Assembly: GCA_014360655.1 (NCBI GenBank)
Contig: JACIXC010000001.1
Span: forward strand, 228,715 to 292,714
Reading direction: 5' to 3'
Origin: Actinomycetota bacterium
GTDB taxonomy: Bacteria; Actinomycetota; Geothermincolia; Geothermincolales; RBG-13-55-18
Length of the DNA: 64,000 nt
Shown: positions 54,333 to 63,381 of the stretch, piece after piece
How positions within the stretch are numbered: the stretch's first letter is position 1
Layout: each line of letters opens with the position of its first letter
Program-made: the position numbers and the translations under genes
Notes under the pieces: model-generated
What the model was told of the DNA's origin: nothing
Database searches by the model: none
What the model saw: the letters and a program-made list of their open reading frames with translations, nothing else

Positions 54333-56126
54333 ATGAAAAGAAGCGCTAGGTGGGTAGTCTTTATCTCCATCCTCACCCTCCTCGCCGGGTTCCTTCTGAC
54401 GGGTTCCGTGCTGGTGCTCGCGGAGGGCGAAGAGGGAACCGCAGGCGGGGATGGGACCGGGGTTTCGGCCACGGAAGCCCCTATCGACACCACGGGCATG
54501 TCCAAGACGGGCGTGATAGAGGCGGTGGTGTGGGATGACTTCATAATAGAGGAGGTCTCGGACCCCGCGCAGGAGGGCATCAACGGCGTCACCGTCGAGC
54601 TTTACGTCCAGGACAAGAGCGGCGAGTGGAAGCTCTGGGGGAGCAAGGTGACCGGGGGCGGGGTTTCCACTACCCTTAAGGCCATTCCTTACGGCTTTGT
54701 GCAATGGAAAGAGCTCCCCGTGACGGTCGACTTAACAACCACTACCAAGTACAAGCTGAAACTGGTCTGCGACGAGGACATCGAGCCCCTGAACGGCGAC
54801 GAGAGGATCGTGCCCCTCAATGTCAGCAACTGGTGGAACTGCCGCTACCTCGAAGTAAGCGACAAGAACAAGAGGCAAGCCCTGGAGGTCGACGGCGTCT
54901 CCCTGCTGACGGAAGACGTCGGCTTCATCGAGGCGGTGGTGTGGGACGACGCCATCCTCGAAGACACCACGGACTCCTGCTCCGAGGGGATCAACGGCAT
55001 CACCGTGAACCTGTACCGGAAGAACAGGGACGGCGGATGGGACCTCTACGGCAGCAAGGTGACCGGAGCCGGGGGCTATTCCAAGCTCGTGCCCTACGGC
55101 TGGGTGGGCTGGAACAACCTGCCGGTGGTGAAGGACATACGCGCGACCACCCAGTATAAGCTGGAGCTGGTGACCAACGACACCTTCCAGGCCCTGAACG
55201 GCACCGAGAGGATCGTCAGGTTGAACGTCACCAACAACTACTTCCGCTGGTTCTTCGAGGTGGCCGACGACGCCGACCTGCGCGCCTTCGAGATAAGGAG
55301 CATCTCGGCCCTCCCCGTGGAGAACATCGGAAGGATCGAGGCCATGGTCTGGGACGACGCGGTGCTCCCCAAGGAGACGAACTCCCGCATGGAAGGCGTG
55401 GACGACATCATCGTCAACCTCTACAAGAAGGACGAGAACGGCGAGTGGCAGTTCTACGACAGCCAGAGCACCCACGCCGGGGGCTTCATCTGGCGCGCCG
55501 AGCACGGCTGGGTGGGCTGGGACAGCCTCCCGGTGACGGCCGACCTGCGCGTGAAGACCTACTATAAGCTGGAGATCATAACCGACCAGACTTTCAACCC
55601 GGTGGGCAGCACGGAGAGGATCATCTCGCTGGATTCCTCGAACCTCTGGTACCGCTGGTATTTCGAGGTGGCCGACAGCGCCGACCTCCAGGCCTTCCGC
55701 ATCCAGTCCACCACCGTTCTCATCTCCGGCACGGTGTGGCACGACATGAACGCCAACCTGGCGAGGGACTTCTATGAGCCGACGTGCGAGGGCTGGACGG
55801 TGATGCTCACCGACAGGTACGGGAGGAAAGTGGCCACGAAAACGACCAACAAGTGGGGTTACTACCAGTTCCGCGGCCTGAAACCCGGTACCTACAAGGT
55901 CTGGGTGAAGGATGCCCGGGGCTGGAACCAGACCTGTCCCTTCTACAAGCTGTGCACCTGGCCGCCGTACGGTTACAACAAGGGGCACTATGTCATCAAC
56001 GGCCAGGCCGGCAAGTACTACATCAACAAGAACTTCGGGATGCTGGACATGGACGGAACACTCCTTGCTCCCGTTGTTTACAGCCTCTGGTGGGTAGGGC
56101 TGTTGGCATACCAACTGATACCCTGA
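54333..56126 (+). CDS. Exported surface protein with four SdrD-B/CnaB-like domains
   Basis: Signal peptide. Repeats start IEAVVWDD (54516), IEAVVWDD (54927), IEAMVWDD (55335) and ISGTVWHD (55722). TTNKWGYYQFRGLKPGTYKV motif and a hydrophobic C-terminus. Confidence 0.85.
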   Translation: MKRSARWVVFISILTLLAGFLLTGSVLVLAEGEEGTAGGDGTGVSATEAPIDTTGMSKTGVIEAVVWDDFIIEEVSDPAQEGINGVTVELYVQDKSGEWKLWGSKVTGGGVSTTLKAIPYGFVQWKELPVTVDLTTTTKYKLKLVCDEDIEPLNGDERIVPLNVSNWWNCRYLEVSDKNKRQALEVDGVSLLTEDVGFIEAVVWDDAILEDTTDSCSEGINGITVNLYRKNRDGGWDLYGSKVTGAGGYSKLVPYGWVGWNNLPVVKDIRATTQYKLELVTNDTFQALNGTERIVRLNVTNNYFRWFFEVADDADLRAFEIRSISALPVENIGRIEAMVWDDAVLPKETNSRMEGVDDIIVNLYKKDENGEWQFYDSQSTHAGGFIWRAEHGWVGWDSLPVTADLRVKTYYKLEIITDQTFNPVGSTERIISLDSSNLWYRWYFEVADSADLQAFRIQSTTVLISGTVWHDMNANLARDFYEPTCEGWTVMLTDRYGRKVATKTTNKWGYYQFRGLKPGTYKVWVKDARGWNQTCPFYKLCTWPPYGYNKGHYVINGQAGKYYINKNFGMLDMDGTLLAPVVYSLWWVGLLAYQLIP

Positions 56127-56154
56127 GATCGATACCACCGCGGGGGTGAACCCG

Positions 56155-56181
56155 AGGGCCCCGGGAAACCGGGGCCCTTTT
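56155..56181 (+). terminator. Intrinsic terminator
   Basis: AGGGCCCCGG-GAAA-CCGGGGCCCT perfect 10-bp stem followed by a T-rich tail, 29 nt after the stop. Confidence 0.85.
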
Positions 56182-56331
56182 CCTTTGCTTTCTACCCGCG
56201 AGGACGGGTCGGGAACAGGATGAGCATCACCAAGGCGCTTATCCCGAGCGCAGCGCACGGTGGTCTCCACCTGGAGGATACCCCGCCCGCTACCACTTCA
56301 TCCACGCCCTTCTTGTACATATAATCTTGGT

Positions 56332-56934
56332 ATGAATCCTGACGGTGAGAGGTCAACGCATCGCCACAAGGCGAAAGGCGGGTCTTGCCTCCCCGCCTCC
56401 CTCGCTCTCGCCGTCACCCTCACGTTGCTGGTGATGGCCGCGTGGGGTTGCGGGGAGCGCGATGTGCCGCCTCTCCGGGAGGAGGATGCAAATGGCGCTT
56501 TCGCGGAACTCGTTCCCGGCCTCTCCGCCGACCAGAGCCGCGCCGTGGCGGACTACGGCTACCCGGACCACTTCTTCATCTCCATGGACCCCGAAACCAG
56601 GGACCGCGTGGAGAGATGGATCTATTACGCGCGCGGCAAGGCCCTGGACTTCGACAACGGGCGCCTCTTCGGCGAGGAACCCGTCGAGGACAAGTCGGCG
56701 GAATACCCTCCCACCTCCCTGCGCCCCCAGGATTTCGGCCCCCTGCTCACCGCCGAGGAAGCCACGGCCATGCTCGGCGAGCCCCTCTTCACCCACGAGG
56801 TGGAGGAGAGCCTGTTGCCGGAGAACGTCTTCGTCGTCTACGAGAAGGCGGTCCTGCTCTACCGGGAAGGCCGGCTCATCGGCGTGGACACCCAGGTGCA
56901 TCCACCTGACATCCCCGGCGCTTCCGGGACCTAG
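56332..56934 (+). CDS. Hypothetical lipoprotein
   Basis: Hydrophobic stretch followed by AWG-C lipobox-like motif. YGYPD...ERWIYY...FDNGRL and MLGEP...LYREGRL repeats resemble BamE/BLIP-like units. The start is uncertain. Confidence 0.7.
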   Translation: MNPDGERSTHRHKAKGGSCLPASLALAVTLTLLVMAAWGCGERDVPPLREEDANGAFAELVPGLSADQSRAVADYGYPDHFFISMDPETRDRVERWIYYARGKALDFDNGRLFGEEPVEDKSAEYPPTSLRPQDFGPLLTAEEATAMLGEPLFTHEVEESLLPENVFVVYEKAVLLYREGRLIGVDTQVHPPDIPGASGT

Positions 56935-57082
56935 CGCGCTTTGAGGGGTCACATCTTCTATCCTCGGAGGGGACACCGAGTTAGAATCAGGAGGAGGGGG
57001 CAAAGGGGGAAAGATAGAAGACCAGGAGACGAAAAGAGCCTCACCGGCTGATATATCGAAGACCGGGGATGTGACCGCGTTG

Positions 57083-57108
57083 GTTAAGCGCCCCCGTTTT
57101 CTGGGTAA
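57083..57108 (+). promoter_or_regulatory. Possible SigB/SigF-type promoter GTTA-N16-GGGTAA
   Basis: Matches the SigB/SigF pattern GTTT-N15-17-GGGTA(A/T) with one mismatch, 90 nt upstream of the kinase-like gene. Confidence 0.4.
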
Positions 57109-57197
57109 AAGGTTAAGGGGGGAAGCGAGTATGCCGGTCTATCCGGGGCAAAGCCCCGAGACGTGACCATACCGGCAGTTCCGGGGGTTAACGGAAA

Positions 57198-58172
57198 ATG
57201 CACCGGCGTAAGTACCGCTATGCGATCGCGGGTTTCGCGCTCGCCGCCGCGTACCTGTGCCTCCTCTTCCTCCTCCACTACCTCATCTCCGAGGGCACGC
57301 CCGCGAGCCTGCTGCGCGACTCCCCCGCCGCGGTGATCACCGTGCTGCTCAGCCTTCCCCTCTGCCTCCTCGCCGGCTACCTGCTGGGCTCAGAGAAAGA
57401 CCGCCGTGAGGCGGCGCGGCTGATGGACGAGCGCGAGAAAGACCGCCTGGAGATGGCCGAGAAGATGTCGCTGCTGCTGCACCGCGCGGAGGAATCCCGC
57501 CGCATGGCCGCCATCGCGGCCCGCGAGATAAAGCACCCGCTCACATCGATCATCGGTTACGCCCTCACCCTGGTCCAGTACTGGGATAAACTGGATGGCC
57601 GGGAGAGGCGCGATTTCCTCGACTACATAAGGGTTTCCGCCACCCGGCTTGAGGTGATGATAAACGACCTCATGCGCATCCTGGAGCTGGCACGGGAATC
57701 CGTGCCCCAGGAGGGGGTAAAGCTCGACTTCTCCGAGGTCCTCTCCGAAGTCGCCTCCCTGCTGCAGGGGGTCCACGAAGAAAGGGGCGTCACCCTTAGC
57801 CTGCGCTTCCTGGAGAGACTTCCAGCGCTCAGGGGAGACCCCTCCCGCCTCTTCGACCTTCTTTACAACCTGCTGGACATCGCCCTGCGGTGCTCCCAGG
57901 ACGGCAAGATGGTCTCCGCCTGGTGCTCGCGCCGCGATAACCGCGTGGCCCTGCACGTCCGTTGCCCGAACCTGTCACTGCCCCCGGAAAAGGCCTCGGC
58001 CATCGACCGCTGGCCTCCCGCGGAGTCGGAGGGCGAGATGGCCACCCTGGTCATGGAGTACAGGCTGGCTTCCCGCCTGGCTAGCGAGGCTGGGGGTACT
58101 CTGCGCATGGACCTGTCCGGCAAGGCGGGGCTCTCCTTCTACCTGGCCTTGCCCCTCGAGCCCACGGAGTAA
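57198..58172 (+). CDS. Membrane sensor histidine kinase-like protein, catalytically degenerate
   Basis: Two TMs. HisKA-like AREIKHPLTSIIGYA...RLEVMINDL and HATPase-like GDPSRLFDLLYNLLDIA...GGTL...FYLALP. The canonical His, N-box Asn and G-boxes are absent. Confidence 0.82.
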   Translation: MHRRKYRYAIAGFALAAAYLCLLFLLHYLISEGTPASLLRDSPAAVITVLLSLPLCLLAGYLLGSEKDRREAARLMDEREKDRLEMAEKMSLLLHRAEESRRMAAIAAREIKHPLTSIIGYALTLVQYWDKLDGRERRDFLDYIRVSATRLEVMINDLMRILELARESVPQEGVKLDFSEVLSEVASLLQGVHEERGVTLSLRFLERLPALRGDPSRLFDLLYNLLDIALRCSQDGKMVSAWCSRRDNRVALHVRCPNLSLPPEKASAIDRWPPAESEGEMATLVMEYRLASRLASEAGGTLRMDLSGKAGLSFYLALPLEPTE

Positions 58173-58192
58173 GCCGTCGGTAGACCTCCCGG

Positions 58193-58288
58193 AGCGGCCC
58201 TGCGGGCAGCCAAACGGTCACGGTACTAGCCCATCTGCGGGTTTGCGCCATCTCCAACCTGCAGCGACCCTGCGGGCAGCCAAACGGT
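58193..58288. repeat. 26-bp direct repeat pair (25/26 identical, 70-bp period)
   Basis: agcggccctgcgggcagccaaacggt (58193) and agcgaccctgcgggcagccaaacggt (58263). Confidence 0.85.
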
Positions 58289-58446
58289 TCAAAGCGGCTC
58301 ATTCCATCTTGGATGCATCTTGGAAGAGCTGCCGGACCGCGCCCTCCACCCGCGTCGGACCCACGCGACGGGAAGCGGGGGATGCTCGCCCATCACCCTT
58401 CCCCGTACCCGGGAAAACCCGCCTGCCGGGCGTCTCCGCGGATCCT

Positions 58447-58833
58447 TTATGTCACCTGGGGCCAGTCCGTGCCGTAGTAAGGTCGGGCGTAAGGGGGCGC
58501 CTCGCGGTAGAAATAGACGATGGCGGGGATCCGGTTGCCGTCCTCCAGGATGACCTCCATCTCACCCTTCTCGAAACCCGCCTCCCCCTCGATGACGTCG
58601 ATGATGCGTAACATCTCCTCGTAGCAACCCTCGAGGGCGAGGAGGATGACCCCGCTGATCAGCGGCTCCTCCTCCCCCGGCGCCGGGATCAGCAGGGGGT
58701 AGCCGAAGGGCGTTTCGTAGAGGTGTCCCGGCACGCAGGCGGGCACGACGTTCCTCACCGTGTGGCTGATGTGGCGGAACATCTTCTCGCCCGGCTTCAA
58801 CGTGCCGTAAACGAAGACCGGTATCTCGCTCAT
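58447..58833 (-). CDS. Gamma-glutamylcyclotransferase (AIG2-like) family protein
   Basis: VFVYGTLKPG, GHLY...GYP, IDVIEG and AIVYFY. Confidence 0.9.
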   Translation of the reverse strand: MSEIPVFVYGTLKPGEKMFRHISHTVRNVVPACVPGHLYETPFGYPLLIPAPGEEEPLISGVILLALEGCYEEMLRIIDVIEGEAGFEKGEMEVILEDGNRIPAIVYFYREAPPYARPYYGTDWPQVT

Positions 58834-58840
58834 TTTCGCA

Positions 58841-60514
58841 TCACGGCAACAGTTTTCCCGGGTTCATAATATCGGCCGGGTCCATGACCTTCTTGACCGC
58901 GTGCAGGGCCTCGATGGATATCTCCCCTACCTCCCTGCGCATCCAGGGGGCGTGTTCGTATCCGATACCGTGATGGTGGGTGATGGTCCCGCCGTGCTCC
59001 ATGATGGCCTCGGAAGCCGCTCTCTTCGCCCGTTCCCACTGGGCCTCCTCCTCCCCCTCCGCGGCCATGGGGGCGAAGAAGGTGTAATAGAGCGAGGCGC
59101 CCTCGGGATAGGCGTGCGAGACGTGGCAGGCGACCATGCATTTAGAACCGCCCTCTTCCAGGGCGCGTTTCAGGGCCGCATAGACCTCGCCGTAAAGGTG
59201 GAGGAGGTTGTCCCAGGTGGTCGCCGTCTCCAGCGTGTCCACCATGACGCCCCAGTTTATCAGCTGCTCGCGGAAGTAGGCGGTCTCGTGCCTGCTGCGG
59301 TACCACTGCCTGCCGGGGCTGGTCCCCAGGTGAAAGCCACCCAGCCTGCGGCAGAGCTGCAGGATGCCCGAGCGCTGGTAGTCCACGTCGTCCTGCTCCC
59401 CCTCCAGGCCGATGACCATGAAGGCGCCGTCGTCGAAGGAGTAGCCGCGGCTGGCGAGAAGCCGCAGCGCCGCCTCCTCCGCCCTCCTCTTCCACCTGGG
59501 CCCCTTCGTGGACCGGAACGCCTTGGCCAAAGCGGTCTCGGTGCGGTCCGAAAGCCTCACGCAGGTGGGAACGAGCCCCTGTTGCATCATCTCCCGCACG
59601 GCGGAGACGCCCGCGGCGAAATCCCGGAAGAGGAGGCCCCTGTAGTCCAACACCCGGGGCACGGGGCGGATCCTCATCAACGCCTCGGTTATCACCCCCA
59701 TGCATCCCTCGGAGCCCACGCACAGCTGCAGGATGGAGGGTCCGGCGGCGCTGGAGGGCACCTTGCGCGTGTCCACCACCCCCCGCGGGGTGACCATGCG
59801 CAGCGCCAGCACCATGTCCTCTATATCGCCGTAGCCGGTGGACTGGCGCCCCGAGGCGCGCGTGGCCAGCCAGCCCCCCAGCGAGGAATGGTCGAAGCTC
59901 TCGGGGAAATGGCCCAGGGTGAAGCCGTGGCCGTTGAGCTGCTCCTCCAGCTCCGGCCCCAGGGCGCCCGCCTGGATGAGCGCCGTGTGGGAGGTGGCGT
60001 CCACCCTCAGCACGCGATTCATGCGCGCCATGTCCAGGCTGATGAAGCCCTCTTTCTTGCCCATGGGCTCCACTCCGCCCGTCACGCTCGATCCGCCGCC
60101 GAAGGGTATCACCGCCAGGTTCCTTTCCTCGGCGAGGCGGAATATTTCCAGTATTTCCCTTTCCTCCCGCGGCCACACGACGACGTCCACGGGCCTCTCG
60201 ATGCGGCGCTGGCGGAAGCGCAGGAGGTCGCGGTAGCTCTTGCCCATGGAATGGCTGACGCGCTGGAACTTGTCCACGGAGACGTTTTCGGGGCCACACA
60301 GATCCCTGAGTGAAGCAAGGACGGCGTCCCCCAACCGCGGCGCCGGGAGTTCGATCTCGTCGAGGCTCGGATCGGTGAAGCGGTCGCGGTCCAGGCTCAT
60401 GCCCAGGTTCTCCCGCATGAAGGGCATGATGTTCTCCCTGTTCTCCACGTCGAACCTCTGGTCGAGGTCGCCCCACCCCCACCAGCGGCTCTTTCCCTCC
60501 GCGTAATCAGACAT
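58841..60514 (-). CDS. FAD-binding oxidoreductase, alkyldihydroxyacetonephosphate synthase-like
   Basis: WWGWG, GKSYRDL, PFGGGSSVTGG, GHFPESF..SSLGGW.ATR, GSEG, DTLETA, CHVSHAY and GTITHHHGIG. Confidence 0.92.
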   Translation of the reverse strand: MSDYAEGKSRWWGWGDLDQRFDVENRENIMPFMRENLGMSLDRDRFTDPSLDEIELPAPRLGDAVLASLRDLCGPENVSVDKFQRVSHSMGKSYRDLLRFRQRRIERPVDVVVWPREEREILEIFRLAEERNLAVIPFGGGSSVTGGVEPMGKKEGFISLDMARMNRVLRVDATSHTALIQAGALGPELEEQLNGHGFTLGHFPESFDHSSLGGWLATRASGRQSTGYGDIEDMVLALRMVTPRGVVDTRKVPSSAAGPSILQLCVGSEGCMGVITEALMRIRPVPRVLDYRGLLFRDFAAGVSAVREMMQQGLVPTCVRLSDRTETALAKAFRSTKGPRWKRRAEEAALRLLASRGYSFDDGAFMVIGLEGEQDDVDYQRSGILQLCRRLGGFHLGTSPGRQWYRSRHETAYFREQLINWGVMVDTLETATTWDNLLHLYGEVYAALKRALEEGGSKCMVACHVSHAYPEGASLYYTFFAPMAAEGEEEAQWERAKRAASEAIMEHGGTITHHHGIGYEHAPWMRREVGEISIEALHAVKKVMDPADIMNPGKLLP

Positions 60515-60645
60515 GCGTTACCTCCCTGCCTATAAGGGGCGGACAATGCCCTTCTCGCGTGCGTGCCTCGTTCAGTCCATGACCGGTCCCCATGACGCTC
60601 CGAAGCCGCCGTTCACGGGGGCTTCGCGGCCCCCGCCGCGCTCGC

Positions 60646-61458
60646 TTAGTTCATGGAGGAGGGCGAGAACTCGCTCGCGTTCCCGGCCCCCTCCGGCAGC
60701 GTGACGCGGATCTCGGCCCCGTAATCCGACAGTTCCACGTTCATCGTTCCCGTGAGGGATCCCACCTGCGGGTTCTCCATCCGGTAATCTATCTGCATGC
60801 GCCGCACGAGGTGGTCCTCCTCCCCGATCCACATCCGGATCTCGGCGCTGAAGCCCTCCATGCCCCCCTGCATGAGGTCGAGCCACTCCCGCATCCGCTC
60901 CCTCTCCTCATCGGAGAGGGACTCCTGGTACTGCTGGAAGGAGAGGCGGAAGAAATCTTCCCCCAGCTTCAGCGAGATGACCGCCACCCCTCCCGCTTCC
61001 TCCTCCACCGTGATGTCCTCCGCCGCTTCGGCGATGGACTTCCACTGCTGGGGGTCGACCATGCCCATACCCATGTTCTGCGTGCGGTATTGGGCCACGT
61101 CCATCTTTATCCACCCCTGTCCCGGCACGTCCTGGTAATAGTAACCACCGACGATGTAGGCCTCGCTGGTCATCGTCCCCATCTCCACGGTGATGTGCTG
61201 GGCGGGGATTTCCCCCGTGTTGTCCACCTCGCCGGCGACCTGCATGCGCAGGGAGCCCCCGCCCGCTTCCGTTCCTCCCATCCCTATCTCCATGGTGCCG
61301 CTCATGCGGTATCCCGAAAGGGCGGACATGGCCTCGCTGGATCGCATCAAGAGCGCGAGAGCATCGACCTGGCCTGTTTCCCCCTCCGATCTCCCTCCGC
61401 AACCGAGCGCCGCCGCAAGGAGAAAAGCCAGGACCAGCAACAACAACGACCTTTTCAT
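60646..61458 (-). CDS. Lipoprotein, LppX/LprAFG- or DUF6612-like
   Basis: Lipobox ALG-C, YYQDVPGQGWIKM, MWIGEEDHLVRRM and LSDYG...VTLPEGA. SD AAAGGAG. Confidence 0.78.
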   Translation of the reverse strand: MKRSLLLLVLAFLLAAALGCGGRSEGETGQVDALALLMRSSEAMSALSGYRMSGTMEIGMGGTEAGGGSLRMQVAGEVDNTGEIPAQHITVEMGTMTSEAYIVGGYYYQDVPGQGWIKMDVAQYRTQNMGMGMVDPQQWKSIAEAAEDITVEEEAGGVAVISLKLGEDFFRLSFQQYQESLSDEERERMREWLDLMQGGMEGFSAEIRMWIGEEDHLVRRMQIDYRMENPQVGSLTGTMNVELSDYGAEIRVTLPEGAGNASEFSPSSMN

Positions 61459-61558
61459 CTTCGCTCCTTTCCTCAGGTAGATGATAACTTCACGGGGTCA
61501 TGTCAGTCCACCCGGCGAAAAGCCGCGGCGACCCGCTGTGTCGCTGACGGCGGGTAGC

Positions 61559-61718
61559 ATCCCCCATCTCCCCCGCGGGCAAACAGCCGTTAACCGGCGC
61601 CGGGCCCCGAGTATAAGCATCCGTTAACCGGCGCCGGGCGCTCGTTATGCGGTGGGCCACAATCCCCCATCTCCCCCGCGGGCAAACAGCCGTTAACCGG
61701 CGCCGGGCCCCGAGTATA
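61559..61718. repeat. Perfect 57-bp direct repeat pair with a third internal 19-bp core
   Basis: 61559-61615 is identical to 61662-61718. The core ccgttaaccggcgccgggc occurs at 61587, 61621 and 61690. Confidence 0.92.
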
Positions 61719-61748
61719 TAATCTTACTCGGAAAGGAAGGGGGCGGGT

Positions 61749-62513
61749 TTGAGGTACGCGGTCTTCTCCGACATCCACTCCAACCTGGAGGGGCTGCAGG
61801 CAGTGCTCCAGGAAGCGGACCGGCTCGGCGTGGACGCCCTTCTGTGCTGCGGCGACATCATCGGGTACAGCGCGGACCCCGTTCCCTGCGTGGAAACGGT
61901 ACGGGAGCGGGGCGTGCGCTGCATCCGCGGCAACCACGAGCGGGGCCTCGCGGACCTGGAGTCAGGCCTCCCCCCCAACATGAACCCCCTGGCCCTGGAA
62001 GCGCTTCGATTCACCTACGAAGCCCTGCCGGAGAGTCACCGGGAATGGCTGGTGTCCCTCCCCGACACGCTGCAGGTGAACGGCTCCTTCCTCCTCTTCC
62101 ACGGGTCGCCTTCCCATCCCGACGAGTACATCTTCGACTCCTTCGAGGCCGCCTACGCCTTCAAGTCGCTGATCATGGAGTATCCGGCCCCCGGCAATCT
62201 CCTCTGCTGCATCGGGCATACCCACATCTGCGCGGCCTATGCCTTCGACCCCGAGAGCAGGCGGGTGGAGGAGAGCGCGGTGCGCGACGGTGACCGCTTC
62301 TCCATCAAGCCGGGTGCGCATTACATGTTCAACGTGGGAAGCTGCGGGCAGTACCGGGGCGGAACGCCCGCGGCCACCTTCGCCCTCCTGGACCTCGACG
62401 AGATGTTCATCGAGTTCCGCTTTCTCGACTACGATTTCACGGCCACGCAGGAGAAGATCATCGCGGCGGGACTGCCCTATCCACTGGCCCGCAGGCTGGG
62501 TGTCGGGCAGTAG
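61749..62513 (+). CDS. Metallophosphoesterase family protein (YfcE/MJ0912-like)
   Basis: SDIHSN, GDIIGY, RGNHE, HGSP, GHTH and NVGSCGQ. Confidence 0.93.
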   Translation: MRYAVFSDIHSNLEGLQAVLQEADRLGVDALLCCGDIIGYSADPVPCVETVRERGVRCIRGNHERGLADLESGLPPNMNPLALEALRFTYEALPESHREWLVSLPDTLQVNGSFLLFHGSPSHPDEYIFDSFEAAYAFKSLIMEYPAPGNLLCCIGHTHICAAYAFDPESRRVEESAVRDGDRFSIKPGAHYMFNVGSCGQYRGGTPAATFALLDLDEMFIEFRFLDYDFTATQEKIIAAGLPYPLARRLGVGQ

Positions 62514-62538
62514 GCGAAGATGTTAGAATATAGGGGTT

Positions 62539-63333
62539 ATGAAAGACCGCGAATCTTTACATAAATTGGCAGCCAAGGGCGACCTGCGGGGGCTGGTGGA
62601 GGCCATGGGCCACCCGCAACCCTACATGCGGCTGACCGCTTCCGACCTCCTGGCCGCGCAGGGCGAAAAGTCCTTCCCCTTCCTCGTGGAGGCCCTCACG
62701 CACGATAACCCGGACGTGCGCAAGGGGGCCGCCCGCTCCCTGGGCCTCATCGGCGACCGGCGCGCCGTCCGCCATCTCCTGGACCGCCTGGAAAAGGAAA
62801 CCCCGGGCGTGGGCCAGTTCATCGTGGACGCGCTGGCGGACATCGGGGACGTCCACGTGGTTCCGGATCTCTGCAGGACCACGCGCAGCCACAGCCTTTC
62901 CCTCCGCTACAGCGCGGTAAGGGCGCTGGGTAAGCTGGGGGACCGGCGCGCCATCCCCTATCTCATCGAGGCCCTGGGGGATTCGGCGAGCATCGTGAGG
63001 CTGCGTGCGGTGGAATCACTCGGCGGCATGGGCGAGCCGACCCTTTGGGTCCCCGTGAGCGAGATGCTCGCCGACGAGTCGGCGGGAGTCAGGGCGGTCG
63101 CCGCCCGCGCCCTCGGAGAGATGCACGCCCTGCGCGCCATCGACTGCCTCCTTCCCCTGCTGCAAAGCGACGTGGAAAGCGACGTCCTGGAGGCCGTAAA
63201 AGCCCTGGGGAGGATCGGCAGCAAGAGGGCCGTGGAGCCGCTGCTCGCCACCCGCGAAAGGGAGGGGCGGGAGAGGGTGCTGATGGCAATCGAGGCGGCA
63301 CTCGAGGCCATCGGCGAGGCGAGCCAGGAATAA
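62539..63333 (+). CDS. HEAT/PBS-lyase repeat protein
   Basis: Repeated VR..AA.ALG.IGD.RAV..L units. Confidence 0.9.
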   Translation: MKDRESLHKLAAKGDLRGLVEAMGHPQPYMRLTASDLLAAQGEKSFPFLVEALTHDNPDVRKGAARSLGLIGDRRAVRHLLDRLEKETPGVGQFIVDALADIGDVHVVPDLCRTTRSHSLSLRYSAVRALGKLGDRRAIPYLIEALGDSASIVRLRAVESLGGMGEPTLWVPVSEMLADESAGVRAVAARALGEMHALRAIDCLLPLLQSDVESDVLEAVKALGRIGSKRAVEPLLATREREGRERVLMAIEAALEAIGEASQE

Positions 63334-63381
63334 TCCCCTGTCGGCGCGCCCTTGCGCGGGGCGGCAAGAGCGTGACCGCGG

